46,557 nt of DNA from Macrostomum lignano. Taxonomy: Eukaryota. The notes beneath the pieces are model-generated. The model was not told the DNA's origin. It made no database searches and saw nothing but the letters and a program-made list of their open reading frames with translations. The stretch covers positions 1-46,557 of the forward strand of contig NIVC01004421.1 of assembly GCA_002269645.1 (NCBI GenBank), written 5' to 3'. The translations under genes and the position numbers were made by a program. Below are positions 11,201-23,984 of this stretch, piece by piece; the stretch's first letter is position 1; each line of letters starts with the position of its first letter.

Positions 11201-12714
11201 GGCCATAAACTGAGTAGCCAGATGAATGTACAGTGCATCGCTAAAAGAAGGACTGGCTGCTCTAGAAAATACACCCCGACAGAAACAAACTGCACTGCAC
11301 AGCAAGCGTAGATGCAGGGCATCCCCCAATACCAGACAGAGTGCGGCGCGATGAAATAATATGACGAAACAGCATCCACGCTTTGCGATGCGGCACATGA
11401 CCTGGCACGATGATGAATATTTCTTTTGCACAACCAAAGGCAGTATCGACAGTTGCTTGACTTAAACAACGCAGAACACGAAGTGGACTCGTGATTCAGC
11501 AGCTGCAGTTTCACAGCCTTTTAGCTAACCGAGTTTTTTCAGACAACCTGAATATTTTACTTGAAGCAAGCTTCCCTGTGCATGTTGTTTGCTGTGTCAA
11601 TAAGGACATCCGGGTGATAATCTTGCAACTGTAATTCCACATTATGGAAACTGAGAATTGACATTCAAGAATTCGACCTTCAACAGTTATTTGTACCCTA
11701 TGGCTATAGAAGCAATTCAATTCATTCCATACAGTAATAGACAAAGGCAAAGCATTCGCATTTTTATACACTAAATCACTAAATGCGTGAGTTGCCCACG
11801 CCCAATTCCTGAGCCTACAAGCTGTCAAGGAGGACAGACGATTCGCGTCTCTGTGCCATATGCGATCATGAAATTATAGGGTAAACAGGAATCGGTCTGC
11901 ATGTACTATTTTTGGCTGAGACATGAGATGGGCTAGGAAGATACATGTAGGATAAATACAGACAGTGAGTGAAGAAAGAGACGAGAGAAAAATGTCAAAA
12001 AGCTCAAGGTCACATTTTACTGTATAACTTTCGTCACATTTTACTCAGTAAATTTACAGAAGTACATATAGCAGAGACAGGATTGATCTCACTCTAAAGT
12101 AGCTTGACCTTAGAATCTCGAAAAGTGGAGGCCAGTTCGAATGGACTATGTTCGTAAGTCGTAAAGACAAAAACGGTAGCGAATGTACTTTTACGTAACT
12201 TAAAAGTAGAAAAGGCTAAGTCTTCCAATCTTCTCTTCTGGCTAAGATTTCTATCAGTTTTCTATTATATATATATTTGCGCATATATATTTAACTGCAT
12301 TCGCAAGCAGGCATCATCAAAAGCCAACTATAACTTATCCCTTCGAAAATCTCTCTTCTCCACACCCACCACGGAACTAATTTGATTGATTGCATGTGAT
12401 GTGATTGAGCTGCTTGGGTCCGCACACACGAATAGTGCCAAGATAGAGTTCAGAATGAAAACCAATTCAATAAACTTCTGCAACGAAGTAAATCCTAGAG
12501 AAAACCAATTAGCTAACACAATCGAGTTTGGGAGATATTTATGTTCCTAAAAATAGTTAATGGATTGTTTGAGATCGTCAATCGAATGAATGCTCAGTGA
12601 TACAAAGACTTATTCTTGTGGGCATTGGGATAGCTGTAGGTTTGATAAAAATTGAGCAAAATATTATTTAGCTACTCACAGTAGACAGGGCAGTTACTGA
12701 GCAAAATAATAAAG

Positions 12715-12990
12715 AACCAAACCAGTAAGTCCCACACTCCAGAACCACACTAATAAGTCCCACACTAAAGAACCACATCAATAAGTCCAATAATAAAGAA
12801 CCAAACCAATGAGTCCCACACTCCAGAACCACACGAGTGAGTCCCACACTCCAGAACCACACCAGTAAGTCCCACACTCCAGAACCATACCAGTAAGTCC
12901 CACACTCCAGAACCACACCAGTAAGTCCCATACTCTAGAAACACACCAATGATTGCTGAATTGATGAATCACATCATCAATAAGTCCCAT
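12715..12990. repeat. 28-bp minisatellite, about 9 diverged copies
   Basis: Unit cagtaagtcccacactccagaaccacac; period 28 at 12841/12869/12897. Confidence 0.9.
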
Positions 12991-13423
12991 ATTCTAAGAT
13001 CACTAGAGAACTAGACATCTAGACCCTAGAAGCACACCAGAGTCAACTAAAATTTACAAACTTCCTATAGAGCCCCAGCCAAGATCCATACCTCTAAAGA
13101 ATACCATGGTTCAAAAATCAGATCCACACTTCCATGGGACTCTTATTGGTAAAAGAACCAGAATCAGAAAGGTATCCTAACAAAAAAATAATCTATAAAA
13201 TAAAAAAATCAAACTTTAATTCAATGTGGAACACTCTTAATAATCAAATTGTCTAAAAAAACGAGGCCTAATATTTAATTAAAATATGTTTCAATTGTAG
13301 CAAACATAACATAATTTTGGAAGAGTTTAAAAAAGAAATAAGTAATCTAACAAATCTGACATAATATCATTAGTCATTAGTCAATCATTAGTCATAAAAG
13401 CTTATGGCTATGCCAATAAATTT

Positions 13424-13600
13424 CAGGTGTGGATCTATAAAATTATGAACAGGGGGTCCAGATTTCTAAGGTACATGTATATGTATATCATATTATCATT
13501 TACATGTATATGTACAAAATAATGTATATTCCATAAAAATATAAAAATTCTAAGTGGGGGTGTGTGCACTTTGCCCCCCCCCCCCCTAAATCTACCACTG
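13424..13600. mobile_element. 177-bp MITE, hAT-like, with 8-bp target-site duplication
   Basis: ATAAATTT directly flanks both ends (13416-13423 and 13601-13608). Imperfect TIRs CAGGTGTGGATCTA and CAGTGGTAGATTTA (10/14 identical). CAG termini and 8-bp TSDs are typical of hAT elements. Confidence 0.7.
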
Positions 13601-14974
13601 ATAAATTTCTAGGCTTTGCAAAAATGAAGCCAAAAATTCCACAATGGTAGTTTTCTTTTAAAACTTTTATAGATCTGCATTTTGTATGACAAAGACTGCA
13701 GATAAAAGTAATGAAAAGAAATAAAACGAAGACACAAAAATTATATTAATAATAGCAATAGTCATTTTAAAAATATAAACCTGACAAAATAATCTAAAAC
13801 TTATTAAATTAAAATTAAAATTTACCGAAGTCGTGACATAAAACACAAATTATTGAAAAAATAATATAATCATAGCAAAGTACAATCAAATGTGAAATGC
13901 ATTCATGACAAACATGCTGATCGTGCTAGCTTAAAGTGTTAAGACTGCACGCTTATAGTTGTTTAAAATTTATTTAAATGTCATTTAAATACCACGAGTA
14001 AAACATTTAAAAAGGTATTTAGCATTCTGCGACAGAGGTTCTTCCATTTTTAACCATCCTGGCTTCATAAATTACCCGAGTTTTGTTAATATCTGCTTGC
14101 GATATAACTTTAAAAGAAACTAAAAGCAGCGGATTGTTTAGAAAGTCAGAAGATAATTAGATATTGCAGCTGAATCGATGGCTGTCTTTCTACCAAACAT
14201 GCTACCAAACTTCAAGCTCAATCGGCTTTAAAGGCAAACTAGATTACTAAAATTCTCTTCTGCGCCCTATTCGGAAGTAGTTCGGCCTAGTAATAATTAT
14301 GAGAGTCCCGTTGAGAAATATAATAAAGATGATCGAAAGAAGCTAAGAAGATTCCAAACAGTTTGCTCGATGTTTGCATGTATGCACTTTACGTACATGT
14401 ATAGGTGAGCTGCATTTACAAGTAGCTCGTATGATACAATGTAGTAGTCTACAATGTTGCATGTAAGCATAGCATATTTTTGGAAGTATGTATGTTCCAA
14501 GTGTTTGTTATATATGACTTATGGAGAGTAGCTACATTTGAGAATATCTAAAAAAACTTTCTGAGCTTCGTAGATTTTAAGTACGCTAGTAGTACACGCA
14601 TGGTTTAAATTAGGGCTATAAATTTAGGTGATACTTTTAAGACGCATTTTCATGTATTCAAATACTCTGCAATAACCACATATATATTCCAAAAGACAGT
14701 AAAGTGCAATCAAATCTAGAATTCATACAACTGCCTGTTCAGTACAAAAATTTGAGCTAGCAGCAATAAAAAATACATGTTAGATTACGAGCACTTTACC
14801 CAATGTAATTTATTCGAAGCGCATGATTTAATAACTCTTTCAGTACATATACTGCCATTTACAATTTACAGTTGGTCGCGATGGAGGAAAAACTTGAAAT
14901 GAATATTATAGTTAACTCTGAAAATAAAACACCTGCTACCCTCCTACCCTAGCTGGCCCAACAATCGTCCTAGC

Positions 14975-15454
14975 CTACCCAGTCCTGGCGCTCAGGTGAT
15001 CAGTTTGATACTCAAGTCGAACCCGGTCCTCTTCCTCTTTCCATCGCGCCAGATTTGCGCCCCTCCTATGAAAGTAGAAGGGAGACCGCGGACTGAGGCT
15101 GCGACCCAGGACAATGTCGCAGAATTCACGGAAGCTCACGGCGCCGTCCCGATCTGAGTCAGCCTCCGTCATGATGAAGTCCACCTCCGAATCGGTGGGA
15201 TTCTCTCCCAACAGCTCCAGCGCTATTTTTACCTCGCCAGCGTCAAGGAAGCCGTTTTTATCTCGATCGAACAGGTCGAAGGCGGCCTTCAATTCGAGCA
15301 GCTCCTTTGTGTCCCGAGCACCGTCGCTGAGAAAACTCGGCTGCGTAGCTGCCGATTCCGTACCCGCTTGAAATCTTGAGCTGTTCATCATCAGAGTGAA
15401 CTCCGTGAGGCTCAGCGCGCCTTTATCATCCTTGTCCCACTCATGAATTAGGTC
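14975..15454 (-). CDS. Calmodulin-like EF-hand protein B, exon 2 (EF2-EF4 plus C-terminal tail)
   Basis: Acceptor ataccag|GAC at 15455/15454, in frame with ORF 15391-14975. EF loops DKDDKGALSLTE, DRDKNGFLDAGE and DSDRDGAVSFRE; calmodulin-like LGENPTDSEV linker. Confidence 0.9.
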   Translation of the reverse strand, partial: DLIHEWDKDDKGALSLTEFTLMMNSSRFQAGTESAATQPSFLSDGARDTKELLELKAAFDLFDRDKNGFLDAGEVKIALELLGENPTDSEVDFIMTEADSDRDGAVSFREFCDIVLGRSLSPRSPFYFHRRGANLARWKEEEDRVRLEYQTDHLSARTG

Positions 15455-16315
15455 CTGGTATCAAAGGTGCGTTGGGAGTACAGAGAGATTCAGTTTAATG
15501 AAATCTGACAGTCTAGTGCAGTTTTGACTTCATCAGATCATAAATTACCATATAGTCATCAGCTGAATTATTTAGGAGGCTGTCAGAAGTGCAGTACTAG
15601 TACTGTAGTAGTACTGTTAACTCAGATCTCTCAACAGATGCGCTATTAGGCAGTGATGCTAATTAGCTAAAAAAATTAAAACAAGAAGTTCATAGAAAAC
15701 ACCCACTTCCTACTGCTGTAGTTCATGGGAGCTTCAGCTGTGGCAGTTCATCTACGAGCTAGTCTATTCGCAGACTATACGAGAGGTGATCAAAAAGTTC
15801 TGCAACCTCTTGTTATAGCTTTTAGTCATAGAATCGGCAAAATCCAAAAACTTACACTTATGCGGCTACATCTGTTTGCTAATTTATATGCATTTTTGGC
15901 TTCCAAATGTGCTCCAGTCAAATTTCACAGCCATATATTTTCCATGTGTTTTTTCAGAAGCTGATTGAACCATCAAAAGACAGTGTTCGCTTCTACATCT
16001 TTATGCGCATGCAACTTGGCTGCAGAGCGACGTCGACAGCAGCCTCACTCAGACAGACAGTTGTGAGGTTACTTTTAGAACTTTTTGATCTCGTAAAAGT
16101 TACACGTTGCCGTTGTCGCTTGTTTCACAGGCTGCAATCTTATTTTAGCACTATATGCGCTTAATTTCAGATCTTTACTAGCAATCTTCGCCCCCCGTTG
16201 GGGGACATCTGTATAGAACCTCTGTTCTCTACAAGTAACAAAAAGATAGCCAAAAAAAGCCTTCACAAAGAAAACAGACAAAATACTCAAAGGAAGTGCA
16301 ATGCAAAAAGAAATC

Positions 16316-16482
16316 ATCCCAAGACAGCAAGCATCCCCCAGATAGCAAGCATCTTCCAGATTACAAGCAACCCCCAGATAGCAAGCATCCCCCAGATAGC
16401 AAGCATCCCCCAGATAGCAAGCATCCGCCAGATAGCAAGCATCCCCTACATAGATAGCATCCCCAAATAGCAAGCATCCACC
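16316..16482. repeat. 18-bp tandem repeat, about 9 copies
   Basis: Unit agatagcaagcatccccc; it accounts for the GDACYL and QIASIP repeat ORFs. Confidence 0.9.
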
Positions 16483-16559
16483 AGACAATAAGTAGCTAGT
16501 GCGACAATTTCCTTAGAATTATAGTGGCTCCTTTAAAATTCGCTTACTTTTATGTTTGA

Positions 16560-19500
16560 AATTGTGTAAATTTTATGTTTGACATGGTGGCTGTTTTAAG
16601 TTCTACATGGCAACTGTTTTATGTTTGAAACGATGGCTTTTTAATGTCAGACATGGTGGCTCTTTTATGTTTTACATGGTGGCTCTTTTATGTTTGACAT
16701 GGTGCCTCTTTATTGTTTGACATGGTGGCTCTTTAATGTTTAACCTGGTGGCTCTTTTATGTTTGAAACAGTGGCTCTTTTATGTTTGACACAGTGGCTC
16801 TTTAATGTTCGACAAAGTGGCTATTTAATGTTTGACAAGGTGGCTTTTAAATGTTTGACATGGTGGCTCCTTAATGTTCGAGAAAGTGGCTCTTTAATGT
16901 TTTTCATGGTATAGCTCTTTTATGTTCGACATGGTGGCTCTTTTAGGTTTGACATGGTGGCTCTTTTAGGTTTGACATGGTGGCTCTTAAATGTTTGACA
17001 TGGTGGCTCTTTAATGTTCGAGAAAGTGGCTCTTTAATGTTTTTCATGGTATAGCTCTTTTATGTTCGACATGGTGGCTCTTTTAGGTTTGACATGGTGG
17101 CTCTTTTAGGTTTGACATGGTGGCTCTTAAATGTTTGACATGGTGGCTCTTAAATGTTTGACATGGTGACTCTTTAATGTTTCAAATGGTGGCTCTTTAA
17201 TGTTTTACATGGTGGCTCTTAAATGTTTGACATGGTGGCTCTTAAATGTTTGACATGGTAGCTCTTTAATATTCTACATTGTGGCTCTTAAGTGTTCGAA
17301 ATTGTGGATCTTTTAGGTTTGACATGATGGCTGTTTAATGTTCAACATAGTGGCTCTTTAATATTCTACATGGTGGCTCTTTTATGTTTAACATGGTGGC
17401 TCTTAAATGTTTGACATGGTGGCTCTTTAATGTTCGAAATGGTGGCTCTTTTGTTTTACATGGTGGCTCTTTAATGTTTGACATGGTGGCTCTTTAATGT
17501 TTGACATAAAGTCACTTATATGTTCAAAATGGTGGCTCTTTAATATTTTACATTGTGGCTCTTAAGTGTTCGACATGGTGGCTCTTTTAGGTTTGACATG
17601 ATGGCTCTTTTAGGTTTAACATGGTGGCTCTTTTAGGTTTAACATGGTGGCTCTTTTAGGTTTAACATGGTGGCTCTTAAATGTTCGACATGGTGGCTCT
17701 TTAATGTTCGACATGGTGGCTCTTTAATAGTCTTCATGTTATAGCTCTTTCATGTTTGACATGGTGGCTCTTTAATGTTCGAAATGGTGGCTCTTTAATG
17801 TTCGAAATGGTGGCTCTTTAATGTTCGAAATGGTGGCTCTTTAATGTTTGACACAAAGTCACATATATGTTTGACATGGTGGCTCTTAAATGTTTGACAT
17901 GGTGGCTCTTTATGTTTGACATGTTGGCTCTTTTATGTTTGACATGTTGGCTCTTTTATGTTTGACATGTTGGCTCTTTTATGTTTGACATGGTGGATCT
18001 TTAATTTTCGAAATAGTGGCTCTTTAGTGTTCGAAATAGTGGTTCTTTTATTTTCGACATGGTGGCTCTTTTAGGTTTGACATGGTGGCTCTTTTATGAT
18101 TGATATGGTGGCTCTTTAATGTTTAGCATGGTGACTTTTAATGTTTGACATGGTGGCTCTTTAATGTTCGGCATGGTGGCTCTTTAATATTCGACATGGT
18201 GGCTCTTTAATGTTCGACATGGTGGCTCTTTAATGTTTGACATGGTGGCTCTTTAATGTTTTACATGGTTGCTCTTTTATGTTCGACATGGTGGCTCTTT
18301 AATGTTTGACATGGTAGCTCTGTTATGTCCGAAATGGTGGCTCTTTAATGTTTGACATAAAGTCACATATATGTTTGACATGGTGGCTCTTTATGTTTGA
18401 CATGTTGGCTCTTTTATGTTCGAAATGGTGGCTCTTTTTTGTTCTACATGTTAACTCTTTTTTATTTGATACGGTGGCTTTTTTAATGTCTGACATGTTG
18501 GCTCTTTTATGTTTGACATGGTGGCTCTTTAATGTTCGACAAAGTGGCTCCTAAATGTTTGACATAGTGGCTCTTCAATGTTTGACAATGTGGCTTTTGA
18601 ATGTTTGATATGGTGGCTCTTTAATGTTTGACATGGTAGCTCTGTTATGTTCGACATGGTGGCTCTTCTAGGTTTGACACGAAGGCTCTTAAATGTTTAA
18701 CATGGTGGCTCTTTAATGTTTAACATGGTGGCTCTTTAATGTTTCACATGGTGGCTCTTTAATGTTTTACATGGTGGCTCTTTTATGTTTAACTTGGTAG
18801 CTCTTTGTTATTTTACATGGCAGCTCTTTTATGTTCGACATGGTGGCTCTTTAATATTCTTCATGTTATAGCTCTTTCATGTTTGACATGGTGGCTCTTT
18901 AATGTTCGAAATGGTAGCTCTTTAATGTTTAACACAAAGTCACATATATGTTTGACATGGTGGCTCTTAAATGTTTGACATGGTGGCTCTTTATGTTTGA
19001 CATGTTGGCTCTTTTATGTTTGACATGTTGGCTCTTTTATGTTTGACATGGTGGCTCTTTAATGTTCGAAAAAGTGGCTCCTAAATGTTTAACATAGTGG
19101 CTCTTTGATGTTCGAAATAGTGGCTCTTTTATTTTCGACATGGTGGCTCTTTAATGTTCGATATGGTGGCTGTTTAATGTTCGAAATGGTGGCTCTTTTA
19201 TGTTTGACATAAAGTCACTTAGATGTTTTACATGGTGCCTCTTAAATATTAGACATGGTGGCTCGTTTAGGTTTGACGTGGTAGCTCTTTAATGTTCGAC
19301 ATGGTGGCTCTTTAATATTCGATATGTTGGCTCTTTTATGTTTGACATGGTGGCTCGCTTTTGTTCGAAATAGTGGCTCTTTAATATTCGATATGTTGGC
19401 TCTTTTATGTTTGACATGGTGGCTCGTTTTTGTTCAATATGGTGGCTCTTTTTTGTTCTACATGGTAACTCTTTGATATTTGATACGGTGGCTTTTTTAA

Positions 19501-20100
19501 AGTCTGACATGTTGGCTCTTTTATGTTTGACATGGTGGCTCTTTAATGTTCGACAAAGTGGCTCCTAAATGTTTGACATAGTGGCTCTTTAATGTTTGAC
19601 AATGTGGCTTTTGAATGTTTGACATGGTGGCTCTTTAATGATAGACATGGTGGCTCTTTTATGTTCGAAATGGTGGCTCTTTAATGTTTAAAATAGTGGC
19701 TCTTTTATGTTCGATATGGTGGCTCTTTAATGTTCGAAAAAGTGGCTCCTAAATGTTTGACATAGTGGCTCTTTGATGTTCGAAATAGTGGCTCTTTTAT
19801 GGTCGACATGGTGGCTCTTTAATTAATGTTCGAAATGGTGGCTCTTTAATGTTCGAAATAGTGGCTCTTTTATTTTCGAAATGGTGGCTCTTTAATCTCG
19901 AAATGGTGGCTGTTTAATGTTCGAAATGGTGGCTCTTTTATGTTTGACATAAAGTCACTTATATGTTTTATATGGTGCCTCTTAAATATTAGACATGGTG
20001 GCTCGTTTAGGTTTGACATGGTGGCTCTTTAATATTCGATATGTTAGCTCTTTTATGTTCGACATGGTGGCTCTTCTATGTTTGACATTGCGCTTCTTTT
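16560..20100. repeat. 23-bp satellite, about 150 diverged copies, intronic
   Basis: Consensus gacatggtggctctttaatgttt; period 23 at 17461/17484. Confidence 0.97.
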
Positions 20101-20152
20101 ATGTTTAGAAGTTTTGTGTTTTTAAGGTGTTTTAATAAAAAAAATCTTTTTT

Positions 20153-20216
20153 GCCCTACTAAGATTCGAACCCAGGTCGCTACGTTAGCATTCCAGTCTG
20201 TTCGCATCTTGGCTAT
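20153..20216 (-). pseudogene. tRNA-like fragment (tRNA pseudogene or SINE head)
   Basis: Minus strand: A-box-like TAGCCAAGATG, then T-arm CTGGG-TTCGAAT-CTTAG with B box GGTTCGAATC at near-standard tRNA spacing (40 nt from the U8 equivalent to the T-stem), then a T8 run about 8 nt downstream. The acceptor stem does not pair. Confidence 0.45.
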
Positions 20217-21017
20217 CTCTTTTCAATTGGAGAACATGAATTGTGGCCCTTATAACTCAATTCTTACAGCAAGTCAATTGAAGTAAAAAGTTATGACATA
20301 ATCAATTTCTCAGTCAGCCAGTATCAGTCTCAATTTAAGTTAGCAATATGGTTACGCAATTTTAATCAAGTCGTGTGTGCATTTCTTCGACACTGTTTTC
20401 AACTTGTTGTGAGGCAATCTTTATCACAATCGGAATTCAGCCAGTCAGTTTTTTCTCTAGCATTCTTACAATGCATTCCAGGTCGAAAGAGCTGCTTGAC
20501 CTTTGCAAAAAAGCATGTTTTTCGAATATTTAATCCCTTTATCATTGAGCAATTTCTTAGCCAAGATGCATGTACCGTCCCAGGAAAATTTCTGATCGAA
20601 TGGTGCAAGTTTGAAGAAAATCAATTGAGCCATTTTTTCTGAAATCTATCGCATACCTACCCACATACATACAGACAACTCATTTTTAGTATATACGAGG
20701 CCAACTCCTCCTCTGGAGGAGAAAGGGGAAGAATTCCCATCACCGGTACTCCATTCCCTGAAATGCCATTCCCTGAATCCCATCATCCAACTCCTCTCCG
20801 CGAAACTGAACATCATCGAAATCTTCTCCGTAAAAGAGAACTCCATCAAACACCTCTCCGTGAAACTGACATTCATCAAAATCCCCTCCGAGAAATAGAA
20901 ATCCTCTCCACCAAACAGAAATCCTCTCCGTCAAAATTAAAACATTGAAATCGTCTCCGCTAAACTGGACTCAATCGATTTTTTCCGTCAAACAACTCAA
21001 CTCTCCAGATTCATTGG

Positions 21018-21045
21018 TTAGGGTTAGGGTTAGGGTTAGGGTTAG
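21018..21045 (+). repeat. (TTAGGG)4 tract, unit 1
   Basis: Direct read. Confidence 0.95.
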
Positions 21046-22720
21046 AACTACGCACAGCTTCGTGTTAAAAGGCACTGATAAAAATATTGAACTAATTGAA
21101 TCAATTCATTGCGCAACCGATTTCTCAGTCAGTCAGTATCAGTCTCAGTTAAAGTTAACAAAAACATTGCGCAATCTAAATCAACCCTCCAATACACAGC
21201 AGCAGTGAGAAGTTGAACCCTCCCCCCCAACTTTATCTATTACGTCTCGCAAAACTGAGAACAATTTTTGCAGAAAATTAAAAGCATGGAAATAGTTTTT
21301 TTAAATGCTGTGATTTTTCTTTTCATATTTAAAGATAACAAATTATATCCCGAACTCAGCGTTGCAAGATCTTTCCAGCAATATAAGTTTCTCCTATCAA
21401 AGTTAGAAACTCGAGCAACAGTTTGCGTTTGAAACTTTCTGATTTAAAGCATTGAAATATCGAGTGTACGTTCACTGCCTGCTAAAGAGGCTCGCAAGTT
21501 TATGCATTGAATTTCAATGTCCAAAACTTCACAGGGCAGCCTATTGAAAGGCACAGATAATAAAACAAATTGATGGCGCAACCGATTTCACAGTCAGTCA
21601 GTATCAGTCTCAGTTCAAGTTAACAAAAAGTTTGCGCAATCTAAATCAACCCTCCAGTACACAGCGCCCGACCCCCTTCCACTACGCAGTGGCAGTTAGA
21701 AATTGAACCCCCAACTGTTGGGGGGTCGGTCGAACGCCCATTGAACCCCAAAATGAGTACAATCTTTGCAGAAAGCTAAAAGTCTGGAAATAGTTTTTTT
21801 GATGCTGTGCTTTTAGTTTTTCTATTTAAAGCAAACAATTTATATCCTCGAACTCAGTGTTGCAAGATCTATTCAGCAGTATAAGTCTCTTCTCTTAACA
21901 TTTAGAACTCGAAGAGCAGTTAGCGTTTGAAACTGTCTGATTTATAGTATTGAAGTATCGAGTGTACGTTAACTACCTGCTTGCTAGCTGATGCATTGAA
22001 TTTCAATGTCCAACAAATACACAGGGCTGCCCATTGAGAGGCAAGAAAACTTATCAGTAGCCAAATCATTGCGCAATTATCTATACAGTCAGCCAGTGAG
22101 CCAGGGTCCAAGTGTACACACGCCGCCACTGAGAACGCCCCCATCCCCCCACTGGAGAGAAAATACACTGCCGAGATAGGAAAAAGTTGTTGCGTAATCA
22201 CTCAAAATTCATGCAAATTTTCAGCTCCGAGCGGAAAGAGAGGACAATTAAGATTATCAAAGGTCAGAATTGCCGTTTTCTGCTTTTTTAGGGATCTTAA
22301 AATGTAAAAATAAAAGATTAAAATAGCCTAAAGCCATCCTCGGAAAATTTGCAGTTTTCCCACATAAGTTTCAACGCTGACTTGCAAGTATTCTAGGAGG
22401 AGATATCCAACAAACACACACACACACAGACAAACAACGCACCAGTTTTAGTATTAACGAGGCCAACTCCTCCTTCGGAGAAGAAAGGGGAAGAACTCCA
22501 ATCAGCGGAATTCCATTCCCTGAACTCCATCAGCGGAATCCCATTTTCCAACACCTCTCCGCGCAACAGAAATCGTCTCCGTGAAACTGAACACTATCGA
22601 AATCCTCTCCGTGAAACTGAACACCATCGAAATATTCTCCGCGAAATAGAAATCCTCTCCGTGAAACTGGACTAAATCGAAATTTCTCCGTCAAACAGCC
22701 CAGCTCTCAGAATTCATTGG

Positions 22721-22742
22721 TTAGGGTTAGGGTTAGGGTTAG
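22721..22742 (+). repeat. (TTAGGG)3 tract, unit 2
   Basis: Direct read. Confidence 0.95.
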
Positions 22743-23962
22743 AGCTACACACAGCTGCGTGTTGAAAGGCGCCGTAAAAAAATCGAACCAATTAAATTGC
22801 GCAACTTATTTCTCAGGCAGTCAGTATCAGCGTCGGTTAAAGTTAACAAAAAGATTGCGCAATCTAAATCAGCCCTCCAATACACAGCAACCGACCCCCT
22901 TCCAATACGCAGTGCAGCTAGAAATTGAACCCCCCCCCCTACTAACTATTGGGGAGGGGGTGTCGGTCGAACCCCCATTGAACTCCAAAATGAGCAATCT
23001 TTGCAGAAAGCTAAAAGTATGAAAATCTTTTCTTGAATGCTGTGAATTTAATTTTCATATTTAAAGCAAAAAACTTATATCCCCGAACTCATCGCAGCAA
23101 GATCTTTCCAGCAATATAAGTCTATCCTCTCTAAGTTCAAAACTCGAGCAACAGTTAGTGTTTGAAACTTTCTGATTTTAAGCATTGAAATATCGAGTGT
23201 ACGTTCACTGCCTGCTAAAGATGCTCGCAAGTTTATGCATTAAAATGCACTGAATTTCACTGTGCAAAAATTACACAGGGATTCCTGTTAAAAAACAGAA
23301 CACAAATAGTTGCGCAATTGTCTATAAAGTCAGCCAGTGAGCCAGGGTCCAATTGTACACACGCCGCCAATGAGAACGCGCCCATTCCCCCACAGGAGAG
23401 AAAATGCACTGGCGACATAGGAAAAAGTTGTGGCGTAATCACTCAAAATTCATGCAAATTTTCAGCTCCGAGCAGAAAAAGGGTACAATTAAGATTATCA
23501 AAGGTCAGAATTGCCGTTTTCTGCTTTTTAGGGATCTTAAAATGTAAAAATAAAAGATTAAAATAGCCTAAAGCCATCCTCGGAAAATTTGCAGTTTTCC
23601 CACATAAGTTTCAACGCTGACTTGCAAGTATTCTAGGAGGAGTTATCCAACAAACACACACACACACAGACAAACAACGCACCAGTTTTAGTATTAAGAC
23701 GAGGCCAACTCCTCCTTCGGAGAAGAAAGGGGAAGAACTCCAATCAGCGGAATTCCATTCCCTGAACTCCATCAGCGGAATCCCATTTTCCAACACCTCT
23801 CCGCGCAACAGAAATCGTCTCCGTGAAACTGAACACTATCGAAATCCTCTCCGTGAAACTGAACACCATCGAAATATTCTCCGCGAAATAGAAATCCTCT
23901 CCGTGAAACTGGACTAAATCGAAATTTCTCCGTCAAACAGCCCAGCTCTCAGAATTCATTGG

Positions 23963-23984
23963 TTAGGGTTAGGGTTAGGGTTAG
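23963..23984 (+). repeat. (TTAGGG)3 tract, unit 3
   Basis: Direct read. Confidence 0.95.

Noticed and set aside
11158-11828. Cys-rich minus-strand ORFs of 81-118 aa
   Set aside because: No recognisable motif or consistent splice structure. A decayed coding remnant cannot be excluded without a translated search.
12668-12990. Trp-rich ORFs (WDLLVWFWSVGL repeats)
   Set aside because: Translations of the 28-bp minisatellite.
16075-16488. ORFs with GDACYL and QIASIP repeats
   Set aside because: Translations of the 18-bp tandem repeat on the two strands, inside an intron.
20153-20216. Functional tRNA gene
   Set aside because: The acceptor and anticodon stems do not pair, so it is kept only as a tRNA-like remnant.
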